Below are positions 38,386 to 48,142 of a stretch of DNA of 64,000 bases, in pieces (within the stretch, counting starts at the first letter, position 1; every line of letters starts with the position of its first letter). The notes beneath the pieces were generated by a model. That model was not told where the DNA came from. It was given only the letters and a program-made list of their open reading frames with translations, and did no database searches. Position numbers and translations under genes: made by a program. Location: IMG/VR virus record IMGVR_UViG_3300023174_000112, positions 1 through 64,000 of that record; one strand, 5' to 3'. Origin of the DNA: a virus.

Positions 38386-38785
38386 CCAACAATGCAATTT
38401 TGTCTTGCACAGCTTCTATGTTCATGGTTGACCATAATCCTGGGTGCATTGGTCTAGGCCACTGCCCAGGATCAATCCAGGCATAGCCCAGGTGTTCGTA
38501 GTTCAACACCGGCACAAATTCGTCAGCTACTACACAAACCCAGGTATTGTATTCAAATTGTCCGTCGGCACTTGTGAATTTTTCCAAAGGAACCAGGCGT
38601 GTATACTCAGGAAAAAATCCCAGCTCTTCTATGCACTCACGTTCCATGGCACCCAGCAAGGTTTCTCCAGTTTCCACCTTGCCTCCGGGCAGTCCCCAAG
38701 CACCTGGGTGTCTGTCATCGTTGCGCAACAAATAAAGATACCTGCCGGTGGCACTGCTACGAAACCAAACTCCCACTGCTTTCAA
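38366..38785 (-). CDS. NUDIX hydrolase
   Basis: Nudix box GGKVETGETLLGAMERECIEELG; likely TTG start overlapping the stop of the upstream gene. Confidence 0.9.
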   Translation of the reverse strand: MKAVGVWFRSSATGRYLYLLRNDDRHPGAWGLPGGKVETGETLLGAMERECIEELGFFPEYTRLVPLEKFTSADGQFEYNTWVCVVADEFVPVLNYEHLGYAWIDPGQWPRPMHPGLWSTMNIEAVQDKIALLEKEKPA

Positions 38786-40182
38786 AGCACAATGCTCCAA
38801 GTTCCGCCATCGTATACCCCTTGATAGCTTTTGATCCACTGTGTTCCGGTCCACTCGTATTGTGTGCCAGTGTGTATGTTGGTAACATAATTTGCAGTGG
38901 ACTGATCACTGGACACAAACACCACACGCCAACGTGCGCCATCAAATTCAATGATGTCATTGGCCGATGCTACCAGTGGTTGTCCACCAGTACCAGCCCA
39001 GGCCGTGGGATTGGCTGGATTGGCATGATCGCCAGTGCCCTCAGTCAACAAATATCGTTGTCCCAACAGCGCACTGTCTAAGCCGTCACCAGGTCCACTC
39101 AACAGCGGATTGATAATGGCATCAATTGGTGCCAAGGTATTTTGTGGTGCAGTATCTGGGTCCACGTCAAAAATCACCAGTCGGTCATCATTGGGGTTGA
39201 TTACAATGGTGCCCACAATCACTGATCCGTCGGCTTGGTCTAAACGTATTTGACTGATGCCTGGACGATACACGCCATAAGCACTGATCAACGCAGGCCA
39301 CAACAAATTGCTGCCAGCCACAATTTGCGTGGGTACCAGGGTGTCTAAACTGCCGTCGGGCACTATGGTGGGTGCGTACAAACACTGTATTTGATTTTCA
39401 ATCACAACCAGTTTGTAGTTCCATGGAGTAACTAATAGTCGTGTGCCCAGCAACAAATCATTGTTGGTAATGGCATCATTCAAATCGCCTTGAGCATCGT
39501 ACATTGACGCAACAACACGTTCCACCACACCCAATTTCTTGACCTTGGCCGGTGGAGATAACCAAATTGGCATGCTAAATGTCAAAGTAGCAATATCAAT
39601 GGGATTTTCTGTGCCAATGGGCACAGTACGACTTGACCATACTGTTCTGTCCAGGTACATCACACTCAAACTGGTCCAGTCAATGTAGTTGTCTGTGCTT
39701 TGAATTTCCAAACTGGGATTGAACAGCGTCAAAATCTGTTCCAGTAACTGCAATTTCTGATTGGTGTTTGACGTCCATATGTCCACATTGACAGTGAGTT
39801 TGAATGGCACAGGCATGAGTCGTTCAACTGTGAATGCATTGCCTTGTGTGGTTTCGTAACTTTCAGTCACACTGTCATAAGTGCGTTGTCGTACATTGAT
39901 CTTGCTCACAAAGTATGGATCTTGTGTGCGACTTTGTTCGTAGTCCAGGCCGGTGATGTAAAAAGTTATCAACGGAGTTGATGGCAAACTGTTGCGACTG
40001 TTTTCTTGTATGATGGTTTGTGCGTTGCGAGTAGCGTCACCATAGCGCACAGGCACACGGATCAGCGCGGCATTGTTTACCCCGTCATTTTCGTTGCCGT
40101 ATTCAATTTGAAAACCTGAAAACACTCTTGTGATTTGCAACAAGAATCGGCGTATTTGGGCATCATAAAAAAATTGTTGCAT
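38782..40182 (-). CDS. gp15: Tail sheath stabiliser/terminator (T4 gp15-like) with a C-terminal extension
   Basis: FFYDAQIRR, RVPVRYG, MPVPFKL and QLLEQILTLFNP motifs. Confidence 0.75.
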   Translation of the reverse strand: MQQFFYDAQIRRFLLQITRVFSGFQIEYGNENDGVNNAALIRVPVRYGDATRNAQTIIQENSRNSLPSTPLITFYITGLDYEQSRTQDPYFVSKINVRQRTYDSVTESYETTQGNAFTVERLMPVPFKLTVNVDIWTSNTNQKLQLLEQILTLFNPSLEIQSTDNYIDWTSLSVMYLDRTVWSSRTVPIGTENPIDIATLTFSMPIWLSPPAKVKKLGVVERVVASMYDAQGDLNDAITNNDLLLGTRLLVTPWNYKLVVIENQIQCLYAPTIVPDGSLDTLVPTQIVAGSNLLWPALISAYGVYRPGISQIRLDQADGSVIVGTIVINPNDDRLVIFDVDPDTAPQNTLAPIDAIINPLLSGPGDGLDSALLGQRYLLTEGTGDHANPANPTAWAGTGGQPLVASANDIIEFDGARWRVVFVSSDQSTANYVTNIHTGTQYEWTGTQWIKSYQGVYDGGTWSIVL

Positions 40183-40185
40183 AAG

Positions 40186-41559
40186 TTAACTTGACTTTTG
40201 TCCTGGTTGTGTTAGCGGGAAAGGCTTGGGTGATTTACCACCATCTTGATTGCCGTTGTCAGCCTTGGGTCGCAGTATTTCGCTGAGACTCTGGCGACTG
40301 GGAATGTTGCCTTGATCAGTTGTGTTCACAGTGTATGTATTGTTTACAAAGGTACTGCGTAAAGTATTGTTGGTAGGCCCATTGTTGAGATTGGTACGCA
40401 CATTGTCCTCAATTTTGATCCATCTTGTGCCATCGTAACGGAACAGTCTATTTGGCATGTAATCCAATCGCAAAGCATAATCTCCAGCCACAGGGTTCAG
40501 TGGGAAACTCACACCTGGAGTGACTGGCAAGCCATTTGGTGCCTGACCATCCCCAGTGAGATAGCCCATGGTATAGCCTTCTCCACGCGGTGTCACATTC
40601 ATGCCACCTTGTGTTCCGTCCACAGTGTCGCCAGACTGGTTGGTCAATGACACAGGATTGGCTGGCTGTCCATCCAGTAGTGTGGGCACAATGTAGAACT
40701 TGGTAACATCATAACCTGACAGCGGAACGTCAGCATCTGCTTGAATCAGGATGGCATCATTGATTTGTGTGTCTTTATCGCGAGTGCCCTGGATGTCACT
40801 GATTGTGGCAGGAGTGTATGGCTTCCAAAATTCTGTGTTGTTGATATCTGTGTCAGCAGGAGTATTTTTCTGTGCTTGATAGTAGGTATCGCCATAGTTC
40901 ACAATAGTGCCAGCAGGATAAAAATTGCCCGGATCCCAGATGTTTTCTTGTACAAATGGCTTGTTGGTAATTTGTGCAAACTCTTGTTGATCTTTCATTG
41001 GTGTGCATTTTACACGCCACAAGTGAGGCAACCAAGTTACTGAAAATCCTTCACTTGCAAAGTCAGCATCTTGTATCACATAGTATCTAGGCAATGCTCT
41101 GGGGATGTCCTGATTCAGCGGATGATAGTCTTTCAAATTGGGAATCTCTATCACATCACCGTTCATGAGCTTGCGACCAAATGTGTCAATCATGGTGTTG
41201 TAGTGAAACGTCATGAATATGGTGTCGTTGTTCAAGAACAAGCCAAATTGTGTCAAGTCAAAGTCCACATCTTGTGTGTTGTACACACCGCGCATGACAT
41301 ACACATCTGGATCATAGATCCTGTCACGGTTTTCTAGCAACAGCAAGTCTTGAATGTTCAGCACATCTACATCTGCGTAGGTAGGTTGTGTGGCATCAAA
41401 GTTTCCTGAGAATGCAGAATCCTCGCCTCCAGCTTGTGGTCCCATGTAGCGATGGATGTAAATATCAAGGCCACCAACAGTGTACATTTCACGTATGGTG
41501 CGGTCCAGGAATTGGTAATCTCTGGTGCGATTTGGGCGGTATAGGGATAAGCGTGGCAT
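40186..41559 (-). CDS. gp14: Neck/head-closure protein (T4 gp14-like) with extra domains
   Basis: Adjacent to the gp15-like gene; FDLTQFGLF and GDVIEIP motifs. Start placed at MPRLSLY, 4 nt from TAAATA. Confidence 0.6.
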   Translation of the reverse strand: MPRLSLYRPNRTRDYQFLDRTIREMYTVGGLDIYIHRYMGPQAGGEDSAFSGNFDATQPTYADVDVLNIQDLLLLENRDRIYDPDVYVMRGVYNTQDVDFDLTQFGLFLNNDTIFMTFHYNTMIDTFGRKLMNGDVIEIPNLKDYHPLNQDIPRALPRYYVIQDADFASEGFSVTWLPHLWRVKCTPMKDQQEFAQITNKPFVQENIWDPGNFYPAGTIVNYGDTYYQAQKNTPADTDINNTEFWKPYTPATISDIQGTRDKDTQINDAILIQADADVPLSGYDVTKFYIVPTLLDGQPANPVSLTNQSGDTVDGTQGGMNVTPRGEGYTMGYLTGDGQAPNGLPVTPGVSFPLNPVAGDYALRLDYMPNRLFRYDGTRWIKIEDNVRTNLNNGPTNNTLRSTFVNNTYTVNTTDQGNIPSRQSLSEILRPKADNGNQDGGKSPKPFPLTQPGQKSS

Positions 41560-41594
41560 TCTATATTTATAGTACTTTGGGTTTACCGTCAAGC

Positions 41595-41626
41595 GGGTTG
41601 ACCAATAATTCCCAAAATGCTATAAT
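41595..41626 (+). promoter_or_regulatory. Sigma70-type early promoter, copy 1
   Basis: TTGACC-17 nt-TATAAT with an extended -10 TG. Confidence 0.85.
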
Positions 41627-41653
41627 ACGGACTTAACAACAAAGGAGCCAACA

Positions 41654-41923
41654 ATGAGTGATTTAGTTACCGATTTGCACAGCGAGATGATCAACAGTGT
41701 AGCACCAAATTACAGTATCAATTATGAAGCAGAGGCTCTTGCTAGTTTTGAAGACTCAGGTTATGACTTGATGGAAGCACTTGAGACTCGTGCTACAGAC
41801 TTTATTGCAGAGACAACTGGGGCAGATGTGCGCGAGGACTTGGGTGGGCTCACAGTATTTTTCCGTGGTAATACTTTGGTTGCATTTTACGATTACGAGC
41901 GATTTAAAGGGCATGTGTTCTAA
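41654..41923 (+). CDS. Hypothetical acidic early protein
   Basis: SD AAGGAG; lies between an early promoter and a hairpin. Confidence 0.75.
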   Translation: MSDLVTDLHSEMINSVAPNYSINYEAEALASFEDSGYDLMEALETRATDFIAETTGADVREDLGGLTVFFRGNTLVAFYDYERFKGHVF

Positions 41924-41925
41924 TA

Positions 41926-41949
41926 CCCTGAGCCCGAAAGGGCTTTGGG
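41926..41949 (+). terminator. GAAA-tetraloop hairpin, probable terminator or processing site
   Basis: AGCCC-GAAA-GGGCT followed by TT. Confidence 0.6.
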
Positions 41950-41978
41950 TTGACCAATAATTGCCATTCTGCTATAAT
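41947..41978 (+). promoter_or_regulatory. Sigma70-type early promoter, copy 2
   Basis: TTGACC-17 nt-TATAAT; shares GGGTTGACCAATAATT and TGCTATAAT with copy 1. Confidence 0.85.
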
Positions 41979-42001
41979 TACATATAATTTAAGGAGCCCT
42001 G

Positions 42002-43135
42002 ATGAACGCAACACGAGCCGCTGTCAAGCCATTGAACCCTCGCAGTCCTGATACCAAGTACACAGGGCTGGAGCCCACATGGCGTGTGCAACCCACAGAT
42101 GACCGCACCAGTCAAATGAGTTCGGCATTTTCGTGGTACAATTACTTCTACGGCAAAAAAGATGCACGTGAAATGCTGGTAGCATATTTAGAAAGCCATG
42201 GACGCCGAGCAGATGTTCGTGCATTAAAAGGAGTGCCAGATCACGCTATACGACTGACCACTGCATGGTTGTGCCGTATGAGCATGGTGGGATTGGAACT
42301 AACAGACACTGAGACAGTGCGATTGGAAGGCTACATTCAGGAAATACTAAAATCACGTGAACCCGAAGTGGTACAACAAGAAGTGGTAGCAGTGGCCAAA
42401 CCCAACATTCAAGACCGGTTGCGAGAAAAGGTATCGGAATGTGCCGGAGAGCTGGATGGCATGTTTGATGAGTTTGTTGTTGCTGGCGCTAAAATGTCAG
42501 CAGACTACAAACCAATCACAGTTATCCGTGGACTGAATGTAGCACCGCAGATGATTTCGGACATTGCAAATATTTGGAAAGCCAAATTGTCAGAGTTTGA
42601 AACTGTGATTGAGGGCAAAGATGCACAGTTGGTAGAAGGCTACAGTCACCTCAGCAAAATCCAAATGCGTAATCTTGTGAAGTTCTGTGAAGCAGTGATC
42701 AATGACTGCGGCGCTTATGTGCAGATCAAGAAAGTTGAACGCAAGCCACGCAAGGTCAAGGCAGTGCCACCTGAGAAACGTGCCGCAAAATTCAAAGTGC
42801 TCATGGACTTTGCTGAGCTCAAACTCAAAGGCCTGCCAGCCGCAAGTCTTGTGGACAAAGCCGAAGCATGGTTGTACGATACCAAGAAGCGCAAGTTGAT
42901 ACATCTTGTTGCTGACAGCCACACACAGGCATTCACTGTGAAAAGCAACAGCATCATTGGTTTCAGCACCATAGAGACCATGCAGAAAACTGTGCGCAAA
43001 CCAGCAGATGTTGTCAAGGCTGTGCAAGCCGCAGGCAAGCCAGCGGCACGTAAGATCTACAAAGACCTTACCACAACAGAAACCCCGTTCAATGGACGCG
43101 GCACAGAGAATTTGATGGTGCTCAAAGCCTGGTAA
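42002..43135 (+). CDS. Hypothetical early protein (377 aa) with a basic C-terminus
   Basis: SD AAGGAG and early promoter; no catalytic motif recognised. Confidence 0.8.
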   Translation: MNATRAAVKPLNPRSPDTKYTGLEPTWRVQPTDDRTSQMSSAFSWYNYFYGKKDAREMLVAYLESHGRRADVRALKGVPDHAIRLTTAWLCRMSMVGLELTDTETVRLEGYIQEILKSREPEVVQQEVVAVAKPNIQDRLREKVSECAGELDGMFDEFVVAGAKMSADYKPITVIRGLNVAPQMISDIANIWKAKLSEFETVIEGKDAQLVEGYSHLSKIQMRNLVKFCEAVINDCGAYVQIKKVERKPRKVKAVPPEKRAAKFKVLMDFAELKLKGLPAASLVDKAEAWLYDTKKRKLIHLVADSHTQAFTVKSNSIIGFSTIETMQKTVRKPADVVKAVQAAGKPAARKIYKDLTTTETPFNGRGTENLMVLKAW

Positions 43136-43142
43136 GTAGTAC

Positions 43143-44087
43143 ATGCTCGAAAACACTAGATATTTGCTGGACAAGGTCGAATTTTACATCACGAATGTTT
43201 GCAACTTAAATTGTGATCAGTGCAACCGATTCAATGATTATAAATTTACCGGATGGCAACGTTGGAGTGACTATGAGGCCATTCATCAACGTTGGGCTAA
43301 ATTGATTGACATCAAGCACCTGGTTATCCTTGGTGGCGAGCCGTTGCTCAATCCTTCTATAAATGAATGGATAACAGGATTAGGCAACATATGGAAAAGG
43401 CCGATACAGATCTTAACCAACGGAACACGATTAAATCAAACACCGGGACTTTATGAAACATTGCTGTCCTGGGATCCAGACCCCACACACCTAAAGCATT
43501 GGATTGGTATCAGTGTTCACAATATGGCAGACATGGATTTTTATGTACAAGAAGCCAAAAAATTTCTTCACGGAGATATACAAACTTCAACAGATAAAGC
43601 AACCATATATGGAGCTGATTTGGCACTAGTGGACGAGAACGGCGTTCGAGTACATTTTTGGATACAAGACAATTTTTACAATGCCGCAGTTACCAACAAT
43701 AACAACGGCGAGTTAACATTGTTCAACAACGATCCAGAACTGGCACACCGACACTGTGGATTTGTACAATGGAAAAACTATCATTTTATACGTGGTACTT
43801 TGAACAAGTGCGGTCCTGCCCCATTGTTTCCTGAGTTTGATCAACAACATCCACTGGCCATCAGCTCAGCTGATCGTGAACTGATCAATGCATATCGGCC
43901 CTACATCATAGATCAAGTGGAACAGCAAGGCACTGATATTCTAAAGACAATTGACGACATGCTGCCTCAATGCAAATTTTGCCCAGTGCCTGCAGATATG
44001 AAATATCGACAAATTCATGCTACACTGAAAAATAAAACAATTCCTATATCGCAAATCAAAGCAAAAGAACTGCAGGAATTGCAATAA
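43143..44087 (+). CDS. Radical SAM protein
   Basis: CNLNCDQC (CxxxCxxC), GGEPLL and TNG motifs, plus C-terminal Cys residues. Confidence 0.9.
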   Translation: MLENTRYLLDKVEFYITNVCNLNCDQCNRFNDYKFTGWQRWSDYEAIHQRWAKLIDIKHLVILGGEPLLNPSINEWITGLGNIWKRPIQILTNGTRLNQTPGLYETLLSWDPDPTHLKHWIGISVHNMADMDFYVQEAKKFLHGDIQTSTDKATIYGADLALVDENGVRVHFWIQDNFYNAAVTNNNNGELTLFNNDPELAHRHCGFVQWKNYHFIRGTLNKCGPAPLFPEFDQQHPLAISSADRELINAYRPYIIDQVEQQGTDILKTIDDMLPQCKFCPVPADMKYRQIHATLKNKTIPISQIKAKELQELQ

Positions 44088-44109
44088 ATACAGGGACTTG
44101 GAGTCCCAC

Positions 44110-44880
44110 ATGCCAGAACAGCAACAACAATCACTGCCCACACTGAAGCAGAACTTAATCGAATATGTCAAGCTACAGTTGGGCGGCGACATAATTGATT
44201 TAGAATTAGACCCCTCACACTACGAAGCGGCTTATCAAAAAACCATTGGCACTTACCGCCAACGAGCCAACAATGCCTATGAAGAAAGCTACAGTTTCAT
44301 GCAGTTGGTCCAGGACGTTAACATTTATGAACTGCCACAAGAAGTCATAAGTGTGCGACAAATCTTTCGCAGAACATTTGGCGACAGTTCAGGTCCGTTT
44401 GCATCAAACTTTGATCCGTTTGCACAAGCTTCGGTCAACGTTTATCTAATGAACTTCAACGTGGCAGGTGGCTTGGCCACTTACGATTTCTACAGTCAAT
44501 ACATTGAACTGGCTGGTCGTATGTTTGGCGCATTCATGGCCTACACATACAATCCCGTGACAAAGAAACTGCAACTGATCCGTGACCCCAAAGGCTCAGG
44601 CGAAACTGTGTTGCTGTGGAGTTATAACTTGAAGCCTGAATTTAACTTGTTGAGCGATTATCAAATTAGTCAATGGATCCGTGATTACATGGTGGCCAAC
44701 TGCAAAATGATCATTGGCGAAGCACGTGAGAAATTTGGCACCATTGCTGGACCGCAGGGCGGCGGAACCTTAAATGGCGCTGCCATGAAGACTGAAGCAC
44801 AGACTCAAATGGACGCTCTCATTGAACAACTCAAAATGTACGTGGACGGTTCACAGCCACTCACCTGGGTCATTGGATAA
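44110..44880 (+). CDS. gp13: Neck protein (T4 gp13-like)
   Basis: YVKLQLG..IDLEL, WIRDY and REKF..IAGPQGGGTLNG motifs; TAAATA upstream. Confidence 0.75.
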   Translation: MPEQQQQSLPTLKQNLIEYVKLQLGGDIIDLELDPSHYEAAYQKTIGTYRQRANNAYEESYSFMQLVQDVNIYELPQEVISVRQIFRRTFGDSSGPFASNFDPFAQASVNVYLMNFNVAGGLATYDFYSQYIELAGRMFGAFMAYTYNPVTKKLQLIRDPKGSGETVLLWSYNLKPEFNLLSDYQISQWIRDYMVANCKMIIGEAREKFGTIAGPQGGGTLNGAAMKTEAQTQMDALIEQLKMYVDGSQPLTWVIG

Positions 44881-44884
44881 GGAA

Positions 44885-45586
44885 TTGACAATAATAAAAG
44901 ATGTATTGATTGTAGGGTGCAGTTTTGTTCATGCCTTGCAGAATATTAATTACTCAAGAATTGATCGATACGGATCTTGTGCGGCATCAAATACCAGCAT
45001 TGCGTCAAGAGTAATGTATCAACTTGCCCAGCAAGAATATAAAAAAGTAGTTGTAATATGGTCCGGAATTAATCGACTCAGTGTCCCGGTAGATGTTGAG
45101 TTACACAAGTTATACCAACTTGATAGGGATCCTTACACGTTTTATGACAATCAAGATCCAATGGTATGGTATCACAGCGGTGGAATACTAGCCGCTGAGG
45201 TTCACTCAAATATTCCAAAGTTTATTAAAAACTATTTTAAAGCTCAATATAAAACAGTTTCTCCTCGTTACTTAACAGATCAAACATTACAAAACATTAT
45301 TGGAGTTCAGTCGTTGTTGGAAAATAAAAAAATCAAGTACGAGATGAACTTTATATACGATATACACAAAGATTATTCAACATTTAGATGGGGATACTCA
45401 TTGGGAAAAATTGATACCAGTTCTCCATTGTATACCGCAGTGAACTGGGATAAGATTACTCAACACACCAGCCTATATGAATGGGCAAAATTACACGGTC
45501 ATCTGGCAGATGATCAGTGGCATATTACGTCAAACGGAATGATCAAATGGTTTGAGTCTGATTTGGGAATAGACTTACTCTCTTAG
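44885..45586 (+). CDS. SGNH/GDSL-like hydrolase or acyltransferase
   Basis: N-terminal VLIVGCSF, central WSGINR and C-terminal DDQWH (DxxH). AT-rich; probable TTG start. Confidence 0.5.
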   Translation: MTIIKDVLIVGCSFVHALQNINYSRIDRYGSCAASNTSIASRVMYQLAQQEYKKVVVIWSGINRLSVPVDVELHKLYQLDRDPYTFYDNQDPMVWYHSGGILAAEVHSNIPKFIKNYFKAQYKTVSPRYLTDQTLQNIIGVQSLLENKKIKYEMNFIYDIHKDYSTFRWGYSLGKIDTSSPLYTAVNWDKITQHTSLYEWAKLHGHLADDQWHITSNGMIKWFESDLGIDLLS

Positions 45587-45587
45587 A

Positions 45588-45616
45588 TAGACACGTATCT
45601 AATATCCTGCTATAAT
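45588..45616 (+). promoter_or_regulatory. Sigma70-type promoter, probably giving a leaderless transcript
   Basis: TAGACA-17 nt-TATAAT with TG extension; the -10 box ends 5 nt before the ATG at 45622. Confidence 0.75.
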
Positions 45617-45621
45617 CAATC

Positions 45622-46140
45622 ATGGACTTGATGATTGACATTGAAGGTTTGGCCACAGGCCCTGAAGCAACAATCTTAACCATTGCGGCCCAGGCGTTTG
45701 ATCCTCTTGGCGCTGGCTACTACAAACAGCAGTATTATGCCAGGGTTGATCTTGAAAGCCAAGAAACACGTACCATTGAACAAGGCACTATTAATTGGTG
45801 GGCCACTCAAGGCGCCGCACAAGACGAAGCCTTTGCAGAAGATGGTCGTATACCCTTGGACCAAGCACTAGATGAATTGCACAAGTTGTGTTGGAAATGC
45901 AATCGTATCTGGATGAACGGACCCACCTACGACGCCAACATACTTGAGCATGCTTACAAGAGTTATGGTAAGCCTTTACCTTGGCAATATTATAAGATAC
46001 GTGATGCACGAACAGTGTACAGTTTATATCCAGGGTTGCCCAAACCTGCGACCAGCCACCATGCGCTGGAAGACTGCCGCAGACAAATCGACATGCTGCA
46101 AGCCACTCTTAAACATTTAAACGTTACTGAATTGGCCTAA
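45622..46140 (+). CDS. DEDDh 3'-5' exonuclease (Rv2179c/DexA-like)
   Basis: LMIDIE, WMNGPTYD, IRDART and HHALEDC motifs. Confidence 0.88.
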   Translation: MDLMIDIEGLATGPEATILTIAAQAFDPLGAGYYKQQYYARVDLESQETRTIEQGTINWWATQGAAQDEAFAEDGRIPLDQALDELHKLCWKCNRIWMNGPTYDANILEHAYKSYGKPLPWQYYKIRDARTVYSLYPGLPKPATSHHALEDCRRQIDMLQATLKHLNVTELA

Positions 46141-48076
46141 TCCAGTTTCCTGTGCCTTGCCAGGGAAATTTGAAAACAAAATCTTTTCCGAATTCACCAG
46201 GTGGATGATCCTGTCCATGAATGAAAATTTCATGGTCAAAGTCGGCATGCCAATCACCGTTGATATCTATTTTAAATAGGTACCTGGCTTTGTAGTAACT
46301 GTTCATCCTTGGTAAATTAAATACGCCTAGTTCTTGTGTGTCGTACTCAGGATCAAATTTTAAATCTAATTCATATGGACCCAAGGCCAACCATAGCACT
46401 CTTAGCAAAGGCCAAATTTCGTTGACCACAGTGGCATTCAATGGATGGTCAGTTATTTTGATAATATCAAAATCAAACTGTTCGTAAGGTATGTCAGTGA
46501 TAATGTTTGCTGGATCATATGTTAATGTATAGTGCTCGGGCTTTTCCAGGCCTGGCCGCTCATTCATAGTATGAAAACCATGTCTGCGATTTTTTATCAA
46601 ATGGTTCAAAATAACATTGACACATTTATAACGTATCAACCGTTGAAAAATAGTGTTGGTAAAATCATTACTACGCCATTGATGAGTCATTTGATGCTCT
46701 GAAATTCCAAACTTTGATCGTTCATAGTTCAATGGAGTATCCATGCCAATTTGACAAGTACCAAAACTCCGACCAAATATGTTATAATTTCGAGTGCGCC
46801 ATAGCAGTGTCATGGTATCTGCTACATCATTGTAGCCTTCGCCAGGGAACCCCACAAACCAATTGGTGTGACACTGAATGCCTGCCTTTGTAAAATCTTT
46901 TAAGTTTTGTTCAACTGCATCTCTCTTAACATTCTTTTTCATTAGATCAAGCACACGCTGGCTACCAGATTCGATACCAAAGCTCAACATGCCGCACCCA
47001 CCTTTTTTGAGAATTTTGATATACTCGAGATCCATTCGCCCGTCACATCTTGCATATCCCATCCAGTGCAAGTAAATTTTACGGTCAATTAATCCTTGGG
47101 CAAATTCTTTTAATTCTTTTAAATTGCCGTTGACCAAGCTATCAATAAACCATACACTGGTAATTCCAAGGGTGTTGTATTGATATTCCAGTTCATCTAA
47201 TATGTTGGTTGCTTGCCTACCCCGATATCTCCAAAAAGTGGTTTCGCTACAAAATTGACACTTTGCCACACATCCTCGACTGAGTTCGGCACTCACGCCT
47301 TTTTGGTTATACATTGATAGATCAAAATCGCTGTAGTCTGGGTATGGTAAACTGTCAAGATCTATTCTGATACTTTTGTCATGCACTAGAAATTTTTCAT
47401 CAATCTTGATACCAGATTCAATTTTTTCCATTAAATCTAAGAATACCACTTCTCCTTCGCCCACTACAATATGATCTATTATGCTGGTATCTTCAATTTT
47501 TTCTTGTATGGCAGTTGGACCACCTGCAATTATAACAATATCAGGTAAAAGGATACGCAGTTGTTGAATCATCCATTTTGTGGCTTTGTTGGTAGTGGTA
47601 AAAATACTAAATCCCATGACATCGGGTTTGAATGCCACAATTTTTTCCAAGTATTCATTCAACAGGGGTTCGATCATTGGATGTATTTCGGTATAATAAT
47701 CATCGTTGGTCCACTTCCAATCCTTGTACCCGCCCCAATAAGTTTTGTCAAATTTTGAATAGCATGCGGCATTTATATCATATGACACAGTTGCAAATCC
47801 ACTGGCTCTACTGAGTGCAGTGATCCTGGCCAAGTTATATGGAGGAATGTACGGGGCCCACTCAGGCAGTAGAGCCAATGCCAACCGTGTTTTTCTAGTA
47901 GATTGATGATTGATAACAGGTTGAATGAGATTTTTTTGTGGTGTTGATTTTCTGAGATTGGCCAGCTGCAATGCCTTGAGCATGGCCATATCCCGAGCGC
48001 CACCATCGGTGGTTTCAACTAATTTTGTGAGATCTGGAGCAGCCGCAGACTGTATATCAAAAATCTTATTATTCAT
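46124..48076 (-). CDS. Cobalamin-binding (class B-like) radical SAM protein
   Basis: B12-binding-type region (PPYNLA, IIAGGP, VVGEGE), SRGCVAKCQFC and FGIESGSQRVLDLMKK. Confidence 0.9.
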   Translation of the reverse strand: MNNKIFDIQSAAAPDLTKLVETTDGGARDMAMLKALQLANLRKSTPQKNLIQPVINHQSTRKTRLALALLPEWAPYIPPYNLARITALSRASGFATVSYDINAACYSKFDKTYWGGYKDWKWTNDDYYTEIHPMIEPLLNEYLEKIVAFKPDVMGFSIFTTTNKATKWMIQQLRILLPDIVIIAGGPTAIQEKIEDTSIIDHIVVGEGEVVFLDLMEKIESGIKIDEKFLVHDKSIRIDLDSLPYPDYSDFDLSMYNQKGVSAELSRGCVAKCQFCSETTFWRYRGRQATNILDELEYQYNTLGITSVWFIDSLVNGNLKELKEFAQGLIDRKIYLHWMGYARCDGRMDLEYIKILKKGGCGMLSFGIESGSQRVLDLMKKNVKRDAVEQNLKDFTKAGIQCHTNWFVGFPGEGYNDVADTMTLLWRTRNYNIFGRSFGTCQIGMDTPLNYERSKFGISEHQMTHQWRSNDFTNTIFQRLIRYKCVNVILNHLIKNRRHGFHTMNERPGLEKPEHYTLTYDPANIITDIPYEQFDFDIIKITDHPLNATVVNEIWPLLRVLWLALGPYELDLKFDPEYDTQELGVFNLPRMNSYYKARYLFKIDINGDWHADFDHEIFIHGQDHPPGEFGKDFVFKFPWQGTGNWIRPIQ

Positions 48077-48142
48077 AGCGTATTTACAGCAATTGGATAA
48101 CTATGATATTGTTTCTTTATTTGAAAGATGTTAATATACACT

